The translations under genes were made by a program, and so were the position numbers. 64,000 nucleotides of DNA from Byssovorax sp. (GTDB lineage Bacteria > Myxococcota_A > Polyangia > Polyangiales > Polyangiaceae). The notes beneath the pieces are model-generated. The model was given only the letters and a program-made list of their open reading frames with translations. It made no database searches and had not been told where the DNA came from. The stretch covers positions 66,118 through 130,117 of the forward strand of contig JANYGI010000026.1 in NCBI GenBank assembly GCA_025362495.1, written 5' to 3'. Below, piece after piece: positions 48,607 to 58,197 of this stretch (the stretch's first letter is position 1; the number at the start of each line of letters is the position of its first letter).

Positions 48607-50631
48607 ATGCCAAGCCCCGCATTCGAAGCCCTCTCGCCCGCCATCGCCGCTGCTCTCACGAGCCGCGGTTTCACCGCTCTCACCACCGTCCAGGAGGCTG
48701 TGCTCGATCCGGCGCTCGCCGGGCGGGATCTCCGGATCTCCTCGCAAACTGGTTCGGGAAAGACGGTGGCGGTCGGCCTCGTCCTCGTCGCTGGCCTCGA
48801 GGCCGCCGTGAAGGAGCGCGCCGAGGCGGCCGCTGCTGCGCCCTCCGCGCAGCCCGGTCCTTGCCGGCCGGCCGCCCTGCTCGTCGCCCCCACGCGCGAG
48901 CTCGCGGCGCAGCTCCAGAAGGAGCTGAGCTGGCTCTTCCAGCCGATCGGCGTCCGCGTCGCGGCCGTGGTCGGCGGCACCAGCTACGGCGGGGAGCTCC
49001 GCTCGCTCCGCACCGGCCCGCTCGTCATCGTCGGCACGCCCGGTCGCCTGCTCGATCACCTCGAGCGCGGCTCGATCGATCCCTCGGCCGCCTTCTCGGT
49101 CGTCCTCGACGAGGCCGATCAGATGCTCGACCTCGGCTTCCGCGACGAGCTCGAGGCCATCCTCGGCAAGACGCCCACCGATCGCCGCACCCACCTCGTC
49201 TCGGCCACGTTCCCGCGCGAGGTGCTCTCGCTCGCGAACCGCTACCAGCGCAACGCAGCCGACGTGCAGGGCACGCAGCGCGGCGAGGCCAACGAGGACA
49301 TCACCCACATCGCCCACATGGTTCGCTCCGGCGAGCGCGAAGCGGTGATCGTCAACCTGCTGCTGCTCAACCCGGGCGAGCGCACGCTGGTGTTCGTCCG
49401 CACCCGCGCCGACGCGGCCGACATCGCCGATCGCCTCGCAAACAGGGGCTTCGGAGCCCGCGCCCTCAGCGGCGAGATGGAGCAGTGGGAGCGCACCAAG
49501 ACGCTCGACGCCTTCCGCAATGGCAACATCTCCACGCTGGTCGCGACCGACGTCGCCGCCCGCGGGCTCGACGTGCCCGACGTGAGCCGCGTCATCCACG
49601 CCGATCCGCCCAACGATCCCGAGGCCTTCACCCACCGCAGCGGCCGCACCGGGCGCGCCGGGCGCAAGGGCACGAGCATCGTCCTCCTCCCGCCGTCGGC
49701 GCGCGAGGGCGTCGGTCGCCTCTTCCGCCGCGCCCGCGTCGAGGCCACCTTCCAGCCCGCGCCCACCGTGGCCGACGTGCTCCGCGCCGCCGACGATCGC
49801 CTGATCGCCGAGCTCACGGCCGCTCCGGCGGAGGACGCCAAGGAAGACGCGCGGCTCCGCGGCCTCGCCGATCGCCTCCTCGCCACCGAGGATCCGGCCA
49901 AGCTCGTGACGGCGCTCCTCGGGCGCGCCCGTCACACCGGCGCCTGCGCCCCCGAGGTCGTGACCCCGATCAGCCTCACGGCCCAGCGTCCCCAGTCGTT
50001 CGAGCGGGGCGGCCCGGCGCGCGGCTACGACAACGGCCCTCGCGGCGGGTACGACAACGGTCCTCGCAACCAGGACAACGGTCCTCGCGGCGGCCAGGGT
50101 CAGGCCCCGAGCCACGCGCCGAATCACCTTGGATTCGTGCCGTTTCGCGTCACCTGGGGCGAGCGCCACGGCGCCGATCCCCGGCGCGTCCTCGCCCTCG
50201 TGTGTCGCCGCGGCGGCATCCAGGGCAACCAGGTCGGGGCCATCCGCATCGGTGAGGTCGAGTCGACGTTCGAGGTCGCGACGCCCGTCGCCGCCGAGTT
50301 CGCCGAGCTCGTGCGCAAGCCCGACACGCGCGATCCCCGCATCCGCATCGAGGCCCTCGTGAACGTCGGGCCGCCCGCCGCTCCGGGGGCAGCGTCGCGT
50401 CCGCCGTTTCAAGAGCGGTCCGAAGGTGGTGCGCCGCAAATGACGCCGCCCGCGCAGGGCGCCCCCGGTCAGCCTGCGGGTCCCCGCGCGCCCGCGGCGT
50501 CGTACTCGCGCCGCGACGATCGTCGGCCGGCCGGGCCGCCCTCGGTCCCGCCGGTGGTCGCCACGCCGATCGCCGGCGAGGGCTTCACGCCGCCGCGCCG
50601 CAAGCTGGTGAACGCCGCGCGCTGGCAGTGA
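48607..50631 (+). CDS. DEAD-box ATP-dependent RNA helicase with C-terminal DbpA-type RNA-binding domain
   Basis: Q motif (TTVQ), Walker A SQTGSGKT, PTRELA, DEAD, SAT and HRSGRTGRAG, then a Gly/Arg-rich linker and a DbpA-like RBD. Start at MPSPAFEAL; an upstream in-frame ATG exists at 48436. Confidence 0.85.
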   Translation: MPSPAFEALSPAIAAALTSRGFTALTTVQEAVLDPALAGRDLRISSQTGSGKTVAVGLVLVAGLEAAVKERAEAAAAAPSAQPGPCRPAALLVAPTRELAAQLQKELSWLFQPIGVRVAAVVGGTSYGGELRSLRTGPLVIVGTPGRLLDHLERGSIDPSAAFSVVLDEADQMLDLGFRDELEAILGKTPTDRRTHLVSATFPREVLSLANRYQRNAADVQGTQRGEANEDITHIAHMVRSGEREAVIVNLLLLNPGERTLVFVRTRADAADIADRLANRGFGARALSGEMEQWERTKTLDAFRNGNISTLVATDVAARGLDVPDVSRVIHADPPNDPEAFTHRSGRTGRAGRKGTSIVLLPPSAREGVGRLFRRARVEATFQPAPTVADVLRAADDRLIAELTAAPAEDAKEDARLRGLADRLLATEDPAKLVTALLGRARHTGACAPEVVTPISLTAQRPQSFERGGPARGYDNGPRGGYDNGPRNQDNGPRGGQGQAPSHAPNHLGFVPFRVTWGERHGADPRRVLALVCRRGGIQGNQVGAIRIGEVESTFEVATPVAAEFAELVRKPDTRDPRIRIEALVNVGPPAAPGAASRPPFQERSEGGAPQMTPPAQGAPGQPAGPRAPAASYSRRDDRRPAGPPSVPPVVATPIAGEGFTPPRRKLVNAARWQ

Positions 50632-50765
50632 AATCGCCGTGATCCCCGGCGGATCACGGCACGCTCGCGCCCCTCGACGGCCTCGCCTCCGTCGCTGACG
50701 CCTCCGGGGCAACACCGGGCAGCACCGCCGCGAAAACCCGCGGCGGTGCTGCTAGGCTCGCCACG

Positions 50766-51815
50766 ATGCACCTTGCTTTGCTCGGCCGCCGTGCGCTCGG
50801 AGCCTGGTTTTTCCCCGCGATCGTGGCCTTCACGACCGCGGCGTGCGGCGGGGGCGGCGACACCGCGGGTCCCTCGCCGTCCACGTCGAGCGGCGGCGAA
50901 GGCGGCGCGGGCGGCGCGGGCGGCGCCACCAGCAGCGGTGTCACCGGGGGCAACGACGGCCACGGCGGCTACGCCGGGACGGGCGACGCCGTGCCTTGCA
51001 TGGTCGACGGCCGCAAAGGCCTCTGCCTCGACGTCGCGGACTGCACTGGCATGTTCGCCCCGACTCCGGGATTCTGCCCGGGCTCGTCCGGTATCCAGTG
51101 CTGCACCGAGCTCCCGCCGGGCAAATGCGATCCGACCGAGATGCCGAACCCCAACGAGGGCCTGGTCGAGGCTCCGGGCGAGGGCGGCTGTCTCCCGGGG
51201 ATGCTCCCTGTCGCGGGGATATGCGTCGATCGCTACGAGGGCTCGCTCGTGATGGTCAACGGCGGCGCCGCCCATTCACCCTTCTTCAACCCTGGAGTCG
51301 AGGACGTGCGCGCCGTATCGATCCTCGGCGCCGTCCCCCAGGGCTACATCGATCAGGTCCAGGCGGCCTCGGCCTGCCTCGCCTCCGGCAAACGCCTCTG
51401 CGCCGACGACGAGTGGCTGCGTGCCTGTCAGGGCCCCAAGGGCACCACGTACCCTTATGGCGACGTGCTCGAGCCGGGCGTCTGCAACGACGCTCGCGCC
51501 GTTCACCCGGCGGTGGAGTACTTCGGCACCACCGATCCGTCGATCTTCTCGCACCTCGACAACGCCTGCTTGAACCAGCTCCCCGACTCGCTCGATCCCT
51601 CGGGGGCGCGCTTCGGGTGCGAGACGGACGAGGGCGCCTTCGACATGATGGGCAACCTCCACGAGTGGACCGATGATCCCGCCGGGACCTTCCGCGGCGG
51701 CTACTACGTCGACACCGTGAAGAACGGGCCCGGGTGCCTCTATGCCACCACGGCCCACGACACCTCGTACTGGGACTACTCCACCGGATTCCGCTGCTGC
51801 GCCGACTTGCCCTGA
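50766..51815 (+). CDS. FGE-sulfatase (SUMF1/DUF323) family lipoprotein
   Basis: Lipobox FTTAACGG, Gly-rich linker, FGE-type motifs MGNLHEWTDD, FRGGYY and GFRCC. Confidence 0.65.
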   Translation: MHLALLGRRALGAWFFPAIVAFTTAACGGGGDTAGPSPSTSSGGEGGAGGAGGATSSGVTGGNDGHGGYAGTGDAVPCMVDGRKGLCLDVADCTGMFAPTPGFCPGSSGIQCCTELPPGKCDPTEMPNPNEGLVEAPGEGGCLPGMLPVAGICVDRYEGSLVMVNGGAAHSPFFNPGVEDVRAVSILGAVPQGYIDQVQAASACLASGKRLCADDEWLRACQGPKGTTYPYGDVLEPGVCNDARAVHPAVEYFGTTDPSIFSHLDNACLNQLPDSLDPSGARFGCETDEGAFDMMGNLHEWTDDPAGTFRGGYYVDTVKNGPGCLYATTAHDTSYWDYSTGFRCCADLP

Positions 51816-51949
51816 TCCCGCGAGAAAGCTCTGGCTCACGCCGTCGCCGCCCGCCGGAAAGCGCCGATCGCTTCCATTGCAGAAGTAATCGGCCTTTCGC
51901 AGTCGGCGAAGAATGAACTAACCTGCTCACGATCGGCCCACCCTCGCCG

Positions 51950-52768
51950 ATGACGAGGCAGAAGCACGTGCGGCACGACTCCACCAACCGTCTCCCCACC
52001 AACCCGTTCGCGGAGGTCGGCGCCAGCATCGCGCCGCCGAGCAACCGGCACAGCTCGCAGTTCGCGTTGCAACAGCTCGTGCGCACCGACGACCTCTCGG
52101 TCGTTTTCCAGCCGATCGTCACGCTCGCGACGATGAAGATCTTCGCCTACGAGGCCCTCGCGCGCTGCGCCGTGCCGGCGTTCTCGAACCCGATGGTGCT
52201 GTTCGAGCGCGCGGTCCGCGATCGCTGCTGCGGGCGCCTGGGCCGCGCCATCCGCGAGGCGGCGATCCCGCTCTGCGAGGGCGTCCCGGTCTTCATCAAC
52301 GTTCACCCGCACGAGCTGGAAGAGCGCTGGCTGGTGCAGCCGGACGATCCGCTCTACTTCCACGATCGCGTCGTCTACCTCGAGATCACCGAGGCCGTGC
52401 CGCTCACCCATTTCGAGCTCTGCCGCAGCGTGCTGAAAGACGTGCGGCGCCGGGCGGACGTGCGCCTCGTGGTCGACGATCTCGGCGCGGGCTACTCCAA
52501 CCTCAAGCACATCGCCGACCTCGAGCCGGCCATCGTCAAGCTCGATCGCAACCTGATAATCGATCTCGACCGGAGCAAGCGGCACCAGACGCTGGTCGCC
52601 GGCATCGTGCGCCTCTGCGCCGACCTCGGCGCCGAGGTCGTGGCCGAGGGCATCGAGACGATCGAGGAGCTCAAGGCCATCCGCGACACCGGCGTGCACT
52701 ACGTGCAAGGGTTCCTGCTGGCCCGGCCCGGCTTCCCTCTGCCCGCGCTGAACCGAATTTCGATCTGA
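51950..52768 (+). CDS. Stand-alone EAL-domain protein (putative c-di-GMP phosphodiesterase)
   Basis: EAL motifs YEALAR, VDDLGAGYSNL, EGIET and QGF. No GGDEF or sensor domain. Confidence 0.8.
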   Translation: MTRQKHVRHDSTNRLPTNPFAEVGASIAPPSNRHSSQFALQQLVRTDDLSVVFQPIVTLATMKIFAYEALARCAVPAFSNPMVLFERAVRDRCCGRLGRAIREAAIPLCEGVPVFINVHPHELEERWLVQPDDPLYFHDRVVYLEITEAVPLTHFELCRSVLKDVRRRADVRLVVDDLGAGYSNLKHIADLEPAIVKLDRNLIIDLDRSKRHQTLVAGIVRLCADLGAEVVAEGIETIEELKAIRDTGVHYVQGFLLARPGFPLPALNRISI

Positions 52769-52876
52769 TCCCCGGACAATCCGCGCTCCTTGCGCTGCCG
52801 CGCTCGCGCGTCCCGGTCGGGAATCTTCGTCCCGCAAACGTGGTGGTTTCGCCCCGCGAGGTGCTCTAGGGTGGCG

Positions 52877-52898
52877 CGCGAGCGAATCATCGCTCGCG
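52877..52898 (+). promoter_or_regulatory. Perfect 9-bp-arm palindrome 20 nt upstream of the tkt start (candidate operator or attenuator hairpin)
   Basis: CGCGAGCGA-atca-TCGCTCGCG immediately 5' of the SD GGAGG of tkt. Confidence 0.3.
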
Positions 52899-52918
52899 TA
52901 TTTGCGCGGAGGATTTCG

Positions 52919-54976
52919 ATGAACAGCAAGCTTCCCGTGGACAGCCTCGCCCGAGCGGCGACCGTGGCGCGCGGCCTGGCGATGGACGCCGTCCACCAGG
53001 CCCAGAGCGGCCACCTCGGCTTGCCCCTCGGGTGCGCGGAGATCGGCGCGGTGCTCTACGGCGAGGTGCTCCAGCACAGCCCCGACCACCCCGCCTGGCT
53101 CAACCGCGATCGGTTCGTCCTCTCGGCCGGCCACGGCTCGATGTTCCTCTATGCCTGGCTCCACCTCGCCGGCTACCACGACCTCACGCTCGAAGAGATC
53201 AAGCGCTTCCGCCAGCTCGACTCGAAGACGCCCGGCCACCCCGAGCTCACCCACGCGCCGAGCGGCGTCGAGACCACGACTGGCCCGCTCGGGCAGGGGA
53301 TCGGCAACGCCGTCGGAATGGCCGTCTCCGCCAAGATGGCCGAGGCGCGCTTCAACACCAGCGATCACGCCATCTTCGATCATCACGTCTTCTGCCTCGC
53401 CGGCGACGGCTGCATGCAGGAGGGCGTGGCCATGGAAGCCCTGGAGTTCGCGGGCCACCAGAAGCTCGACAACCTCGTCGTCATCTACGACTCGAACGCC
53501 GTCACGCTCGACGCGATGGCCAAGGAGACGCAGAGTGAAGACTCGGCCAAGCGCTTCGAGGCCATGGGCTTCGACGTCGAGACGGTCGACGGCCACGAGC
53601 TCGAGGCGCTGGCCTCGGCGCTCGAGCGCGCGCGCCACGCCGGTAGCGGCAAGCCGCAGATGATCATCGCCAAGACCCTGATCGGCAAGGGGATCCCCGA
53701 GGTCGCGGGCACCCAGAAGGCCCACGGCGAGGCCGGCGCCAAGTTCTACGAGGCCGCCCGCAAGGGCCTTGGCCTGCCCGACGCGCCGTGGTTCGTCGCC
53801 CCCGAGGTCACGGCGTTCTTCGCCGCGCGACGCGAGCAGCAAGAGGCCGCCCACGCCGCGTGGACGAAGACGTTCGAGGCCTGGCGGGCCGCCAATCCCG
53901 CGCTCGCCGCCGAGCTCGGCGTGGCGCGCGCCTACGCCCACACCGTGCCTGCCGATACCGCGTCGCGCACACCGGACAAGGCCGCTCTCTTCGCGGCGAT
54001 CCCCGCGTTCCCCGCCGGGACGAAGATCGCCACGCGCAAGGCCGGGCAAGACGTGCTCCAGCCCCTCGCGGCCAAGGTGCCTCTGCTCATCGGCGGCAGC
54101 GCCGATCTCTATGGCTCCACGCTCAACTACATCGGCGATCTCAAGGCCGGCGACGACGACTTCAAGCCCGGTCACCGCACCGGCCGCAACATCCGCTTCG
54201 GCATCCGCGAGCACGGCATGTGCTCGATCCTCAACGGCATCGCGGCGCATGGCATCTTCCGCCCGAGCGGCGCCACGTTCCTGGTCTTCGCCGACTACTG
54301 CCGCGCTTCGATCCGCCTCGCGGCGCTCAGCCACCTTCCGGTGCTCTACATCTTCACCCACGACAGCGTGGGTGTCGGCGAAGACGGCCCGACCCACGAG
54401 CCCGTCGAGACCATCCCGGGCCTGCGCGTGATTCCCAATCTCGACGTGATCCGCCCCGCGGATCCCGAGGAGACCGCGGGCGCCTACGTCGCCGCGCTCG
54501 ACCGGACCGACGGCCCCACGCTGCTCGCGCTCTCGCGGCAAGCGCTGCCGCCGCAGGACCAGATCCCGGTGCAGACCCGGCGCGACGGCGCGCTCCAGGG
54601 CGGCTACATCGCCCGCAAGGAGACCGCCGCTCTCGATCTCATCCTCCTCGCCACCGGGAGCGAGCTCCAGCACGCGATGGCCGCGGCCGAGCGCCTCGGC
54701 CCGGGCACGCGCGTCGTCAGCATGCCTTGCTTCTCGCGCTTCAATCGCCAGACTCCCGAGTACCGTGAGCAGGTGTTGCCGCTCTCGTGCCGGCGCCGCG
54801 TGGCCATCGAGGCCTCGGTCACCTCGACGTGGGGCCGCTACGTCGGGCTCGACGGTGTGGCGATTGGCATCGATCGCTTCGGCATGTCGGCCCCGGGCGA
54901 CGTGGTCATGAAGCAGCTCGGGATCACGGCGGATCACGTCGTGTCCGCGGCGCAGGCGCTGCTCTCCGCCAAGTAG
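52919..54976 (+). CDS. tkt: Transketolase
   Basis: TPP-binding motifs [29 protein letters not shown] and GDGCMQEGV, plus a full-length collinear sequence. SD GGAGG precedes the start. Confidence 0.95.
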   Translation: MNSKLPVDSLARAATVARGLAMDAVHQAQSGHLGLPLGCAEIGAVLYGEVLQHSPDHPAWLNRDRFVLSAGHGSMFLYAWLHLAGYHDLTLEEIKRFRQLDSKTPGHPELTHAPSGVETTTGPLGQGIGNAVGMAVSAKMAEARFNTSDHAIFDHHVFCLAGDGCMQEGVAMEALEFAGHQKLDNLVVIYDSNAVTLDAMAKETQSEDSAKRFEAMGFDVETVDGHELEALASALERARHAGSGKPQMIIAKTLIGKGIPEVAGTQKAHGEAGAKFYEAARKGLGLPDAPWFVAPEVTAFFAARREQQEAAHAAWTKTFEAWRAANPALAAELGVARAYAHTVPADTASRTPDKAALFAAIPAFPAGTKIATRKAGQDVLQPLAAKVPLLIGGSADLYGSTLNYIGDLKAGDDDFKPGHRTGRNIRFGIREHGMCSILNGIAAHGIFRPSGATFLVFADYCRASIRLAALSHLPVLYIFTHDSVGVGEDGPTHEPVETIPGLRVIPNLDVIRPADPEETAGAYVAALDRTDGPTLLALSRQALPPQDQIPVQTRRDGALQGGYIARKETAALDLILLATGSELQHAMAAAERLGPGTRVVSMPCFSRFNRQTPEYREQVLPLSCRRRVAIEASVTSTWGRYVGLDGVAIGIDRFGMSAPGDVVMKQLGITADHVVSAAQALLSAK

Positions 54977-54989
54977 CCTCGACGCCGGC

Positions 54990-55016
54990 GAAACCGACGC
55001 TCACCCCGTCGGTTTC
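54990..55016 (+). terminator. Hairpin terminator after tkt
   Basis: GAAACCGACG-ctcaccc-CGTCGGTTTC, a perfect 10-bp stem with A/T-tract ends. Confidence 0.45.
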
Positions 55017-55066
55017 GTGCCCGGCTCGCATCCCGCGCGCGCGGCCCCGTCCATCCGCGGCCGCGC

Positions 55067-55972
55067 ATGGACCACCGCTTCTCCACGCTCCCGCTGATCC
55101 TCGCCGCCGCCGTCTCGTGGCTCCCTGCCTGCGACGGCGGCGAGTCCGCGGTGGCAGGCGCCGCCCTCGGCGACGCGATTTCCCCTTCAACCACTGACGA
55201 ATCGGCGCCGAAGCTGTGCGCCGAGGGCCCGATGATCGAGGGCGTCGACGTCTCTTATTATCAGCCGCGCGTCGACTGGACGCTTGCCCGCAAAGCCGGC
55301 GTCTCGTTCGCATTCCTGCGCGTCTCCGACGGCGCGAGCTTCCTCGATCCCGAGTTTGCAACGAGCTTTGCCGCGTCTGGCAAGGCGGGCGTCGTCCGCG
55401 GTCCTTATCAGTTCTTCCGCCCGGGCGAGGACCCGATCGCGCAAGCCGATCTCCTGATCTCCACCGTCCGCGCCCAGGGTGGCCTCCAGGCCGGCGATCT
55501 CCCGCCGGTGCTCGACATCGAGGTCACCGACGATATGCCCGCTGCGGCGATCCGCGCCGGGATGCGCCGCTGGCTCGATCGCGTCGAGGTGGCCTTCAAC
55601 CGCCGTCCGCTCCTCTACACATCACCCGGCTTCTGGGACGGCCTCGGCGCCGAGGCCTCGTTTGCGCGCTATCCGCTCTGGGTTGCCCACTGGGACACAG
55701 CGTGTCCGGGAGTACCCGGCGCGTGGACGACGTGGACGTTCTGGCAAACCACCGACAGCGGCGAGGTCCCCGGGGTCCCCGGCGCCGTGGACCGCGACCG
55801 CTTCAATGGCACCCTCGCGGATCTCCGCGCCTTCACGGGCGCCGTGGATCCCGCGCCCCCGAGGCCCCGCGCGCCGACGAAGCCTCGGCCGGCCCCGAAG
55901 CCGAAGGGCCGCTCCCACGGCCGTAAATGGCCATGGCCGGCGTCGCTGCCGTGGCCCTTGCCCTGGAAATAG
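55067..55972 (+). CDS. GH25-family lysozyme (muramidase) lipoprotein with Trp/Pro-rich C-terminal tail
   Basis: Lipobox SWLPACDG. GH25 motifs GVDVSYYQ...DW and GVSFAFLRVSDG. C-terminal tail KWPWPASLPWPLPWK. Confidence 0.8.
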   Translation: MDHRFSTLPLILAAAVSWLPACDGGESAVAGAALGDAISPSTTDESAPKLCAEGPMIEGVDVSYYQPRVDWTLARKAGVSFAFLRVSDGASFLDPEFATSFAASGKAGVVRGPYQFFRPGEDPIAQADLLISTVRAQGGLQAGDLPPVLDIEVTDDMPAAAIRAGMRRWLDRVEVAFNRRPLLYTSPGFWDGLGAEASFARYPLWVAHWDTACPGVPGAWTTWTFWQTTDSGEVPGVPGAVDRDRFNGTLADLRAFTGAVDPAPPRPRAPTKPRPAPKPKGRSHGRKWPWPASLPWPLPWK

Positions 55973-56086
55973 CTCACCCGTCGACGGTCATTCTTCGTCC
56001 GAGCTAGCGCCCCGGACGCATTGAAGCGACGTCGTCGCGGGCTTACGACATCTCCTCCGGCTCACCCCCGCTGAAGAGGAGATCGA

Positions 56087-56395
56087 ATGTCCCGATACGC
56101 GCTGATCCTGGCACCTTCCGCCGCCGCGATCCTCATCGTCCTGGCAGTATCGCAGGCTCGTGGCGACTCGATGGCCGGTGAGACGGATCTCGCCCCGGAT
56201 GCTGCCGATCCGCGGTCGGTCTGCACGGCGAGCCGGAGCCTCGGCGGGCTCACCAGCTGCAAATCGGCGCTGCTCTGGCACGAGTATGCCAACCAGGACT
56301 GCATCGTCCGCGGTTATCCGAAGGTCGGCGCGATAGACTACGACGGCGCCTGCTGGAAGGGCTTCCGCAGCGTCGAGTACACCTGCTGTAACTGA
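56087..56395 (+). CDS. Small secreted cysteine-rich protein (102 aa, 6 Cys)
   Basis: Strong SD GAGGAG, signal peptide ALILAPSAAAILIVLAVSQARG, and six Cys including a terminal CC. No known motif. Confidence 0.55.
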   Translation: MSRYALILAPSAAAILIVLAVSQARGDSMAGETDLAPDAADPRSVCTASRSLGGLTSCKSALLWHEYANQDCIVRGYPKVGAIDYDGACWKGFRSVEYTCCN

Positions 56396-56398
56396 CGC

Positions 56399-56436
56399 GC
56401 CTGCTCCGGGAAGGCCCCGGAACAGGCACATTTTCG
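56399..56436 (+). terminator. Hairpin plus T-tract after the small Cys-rich gene
   Basis: GCCTG-CT-CCGGG-aaggc-CCCGG-AA-CAGGC followed by ACATTTTCG. Confidence 0.35.
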
Positions 56437-56440
56437 CCGA

Positions 56441-58120
56441 TCAGCTCCGCAGACCGGGGGCCTCGTGGCCGCTTTGAGCCACGTACTCGGTGTAGCCGCC
56501 GCCGTAGAGGTGCGGCCCCTCGGCGGTGAGCTCGAGCACCCGGTTCGAGAGCATGCCGAGGAAGTTTCGATCGTGGCTGACGAAGAGCATCGTCCCCTCG
56601 AAGTTCTTCAACGCGTCGACCAGCATCTCCTTCGTGGCCATGTCCAAATGGTTGGTCGGCTCGTCGAGGATCAGGAAATTCGGCGGATCGAAGAGCATCT
56701 TTGCGAGGACGAGGCGAGCCTTCTCGCCACCCGAGAGGATGCGACAGGGCTTCTCCACGTCGTCGCCCGAGAAGCCGAAGACGCCGGCCAGGGTGCGGAG
56801 CGCGCCGATGGAGGCCTGGGGGAACTCGTTGAAGATCTCGTCCCAGACCGAGTTTTCGGGCTTGAGCAGCTCCATCGCGTGCTGGGCGAAATAGCCCACC
56901 TTCACGCTGGCGCCGACGGCGATGCTCCCGGCGTCGGGCTTCGAGGCGCCGGCGATCAGCTTGAGGAGCGTGGATTTGCCCGCGCCGTTGATCCCCATCA
57001 CGCACCACCGCTCGCGGCGGCGGATCAGCATGTCGAAGCTCTCGTAGATCTTCTTCGAGCCATAGGCCTTCTTCAGGCCCTGGACATTGACCACGTCGTC
57101 GCCGGAGCGGGGCGCGGGCTTGAAGTCGAACTGCACTGATTTGCGGCGCTTCGGGGCCTCGATCCGCTCGATCTTGTCGAGCTTCTTCACCCGGGACTGC
57201 ACCTGGGCGGCGTGGCTGGCGCGGGCCTTGAAGCGGGCGATGAAGGCCTCTTCCTTGGCGAGCATGGCCTGCTGGCGGTCGAACTGGGCCTCGGCGTGGA
57301 TCTCGTTGAGCGCGCGCTGCTTCTCGTAGAACTCGTAGTCGCCGGAGTAGGTGGTGATCTCGCCGCCGTCGATCTCCAGGATCTTGGTGACGATGCGGTT
57401 CATGAACTCGCGATCGTGGGAGGTTATCACCAGGGCGCCCTCGTACCCCTTCAAATAGCCTTCCAGCCAGATGATCGACTCGATGTCGAGGTGGTTGGTC
57501 GGCTCGTCGAGGAGGAGCGCGTCGGGGCGCATCAGGAGGATCTTCGCGAGCGCGACGCGCATCTTCCAGCCGCCGGAGAGGGCGCCGGTGTCGCCATCCA
57601 TGACCTCCTGGCTGAAGCCGAGGCCGGCGAGGATCTCGCGCGCGCGAGCGTCGAGCGCGTAGCCGCCGAGCTCTTCGTAGCGGGCCTGGACGTGGCCGAA
57701 GCGATCGACCAGCTCTTCCATCTCGTCGAGGCGCTCGGGATCGGCGAGGGCCAGCTCGAGCTCGCGCAGCTCGGTGGCGATGGCCGAGATCGGGCCGGCG
57801 CCGTCCATCGTCTCGGCGACGACGCTCTTGCCCGTCATCTCGCCGACATCCTGGCTGAAGTAGCCGATGGTCACGCCGCGATCGACCGAGACCTGGCCGC
57901 CGTCGGGCTGCTCTTCCCTGGTGATCAGCCGGAAGATCGTGGTCTTTCCGCAGCCGTTGGGGCCGACGAGGCCGACCTTCTCACCGCGGTTGATCGCCGC
58001 GGAGGCCTCCATGAAGAGGATCTGTCTGCCGTGCTGCTTGCCGATGCCGTCGAGTCGGATCACTGAGAAGGCCTTGCTGCGGTGGTGCTCGGAGGGGAGG
58101 GGGGCCCCTCCATATCGCAT
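56441..58120 (-). CDS. ABC-F family ATPase (two ABC domains, no TM)
   Basis: Two Walker A sites (GPNGCGKTT and GINGAGKST), two ABC signatures (LSGGWKMR and LSGGEKAR) and an inter-domain linker. Confidence 0.85.
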   Translation of the reverse strand: MRYGGAPLPSEHHRSKAFSVIRLDGIGKQHGRQILFMEASAAINRGEKVGLVGPNGCGKTTIFRLITREEQPDGGQVSVDRGVTIGYFSQDVGEMTGKSVVAETMDGAGPISAIATELRELELALADPERLDEMEELVDRFGHVQARYEELGGYALDARAREILAGLGFSQEVMDGDTGALSGGWKMRVALAKILLMRPDALLLDEPTNHLDIESIIWLEGYLKGYEGALVITSHDREFMNRIVTKILEIDGGEITTYSGDYEFYEKQRALNEIHAEAQFDRQQAMLAKEEAFIARFKARASHAAQVQSRVKKLDKIERIEAPKRRKSVQFDFKPAPRSGDDVVNVQGLKKAYGSKKIYESFDMLIRRRERWCVMGINGAGKSTLLKLIAGASKPDAGSIAVGASVKVGYFAQHAMELLKPENSVWDEIFNEFPQASIGALRTLAGVFGFSGDDVEKPCRILSGGEKARLVLAKMLFDPPNFLILDEPTNHLDMATKEMLVDALKNFEGTMLFVSHDRNFLGMLSNRVLELTAEGPHLYGGGYTEYVAQSGHEAPGLRS

Positions 58121-58197
58121 CGGCGCGCGCGGGCAAGCCGCAAACGGTTCGCGAATCGTCCCGCCTCCTGCCGCGGCCGAGTACCCTCGAGGGCTCC

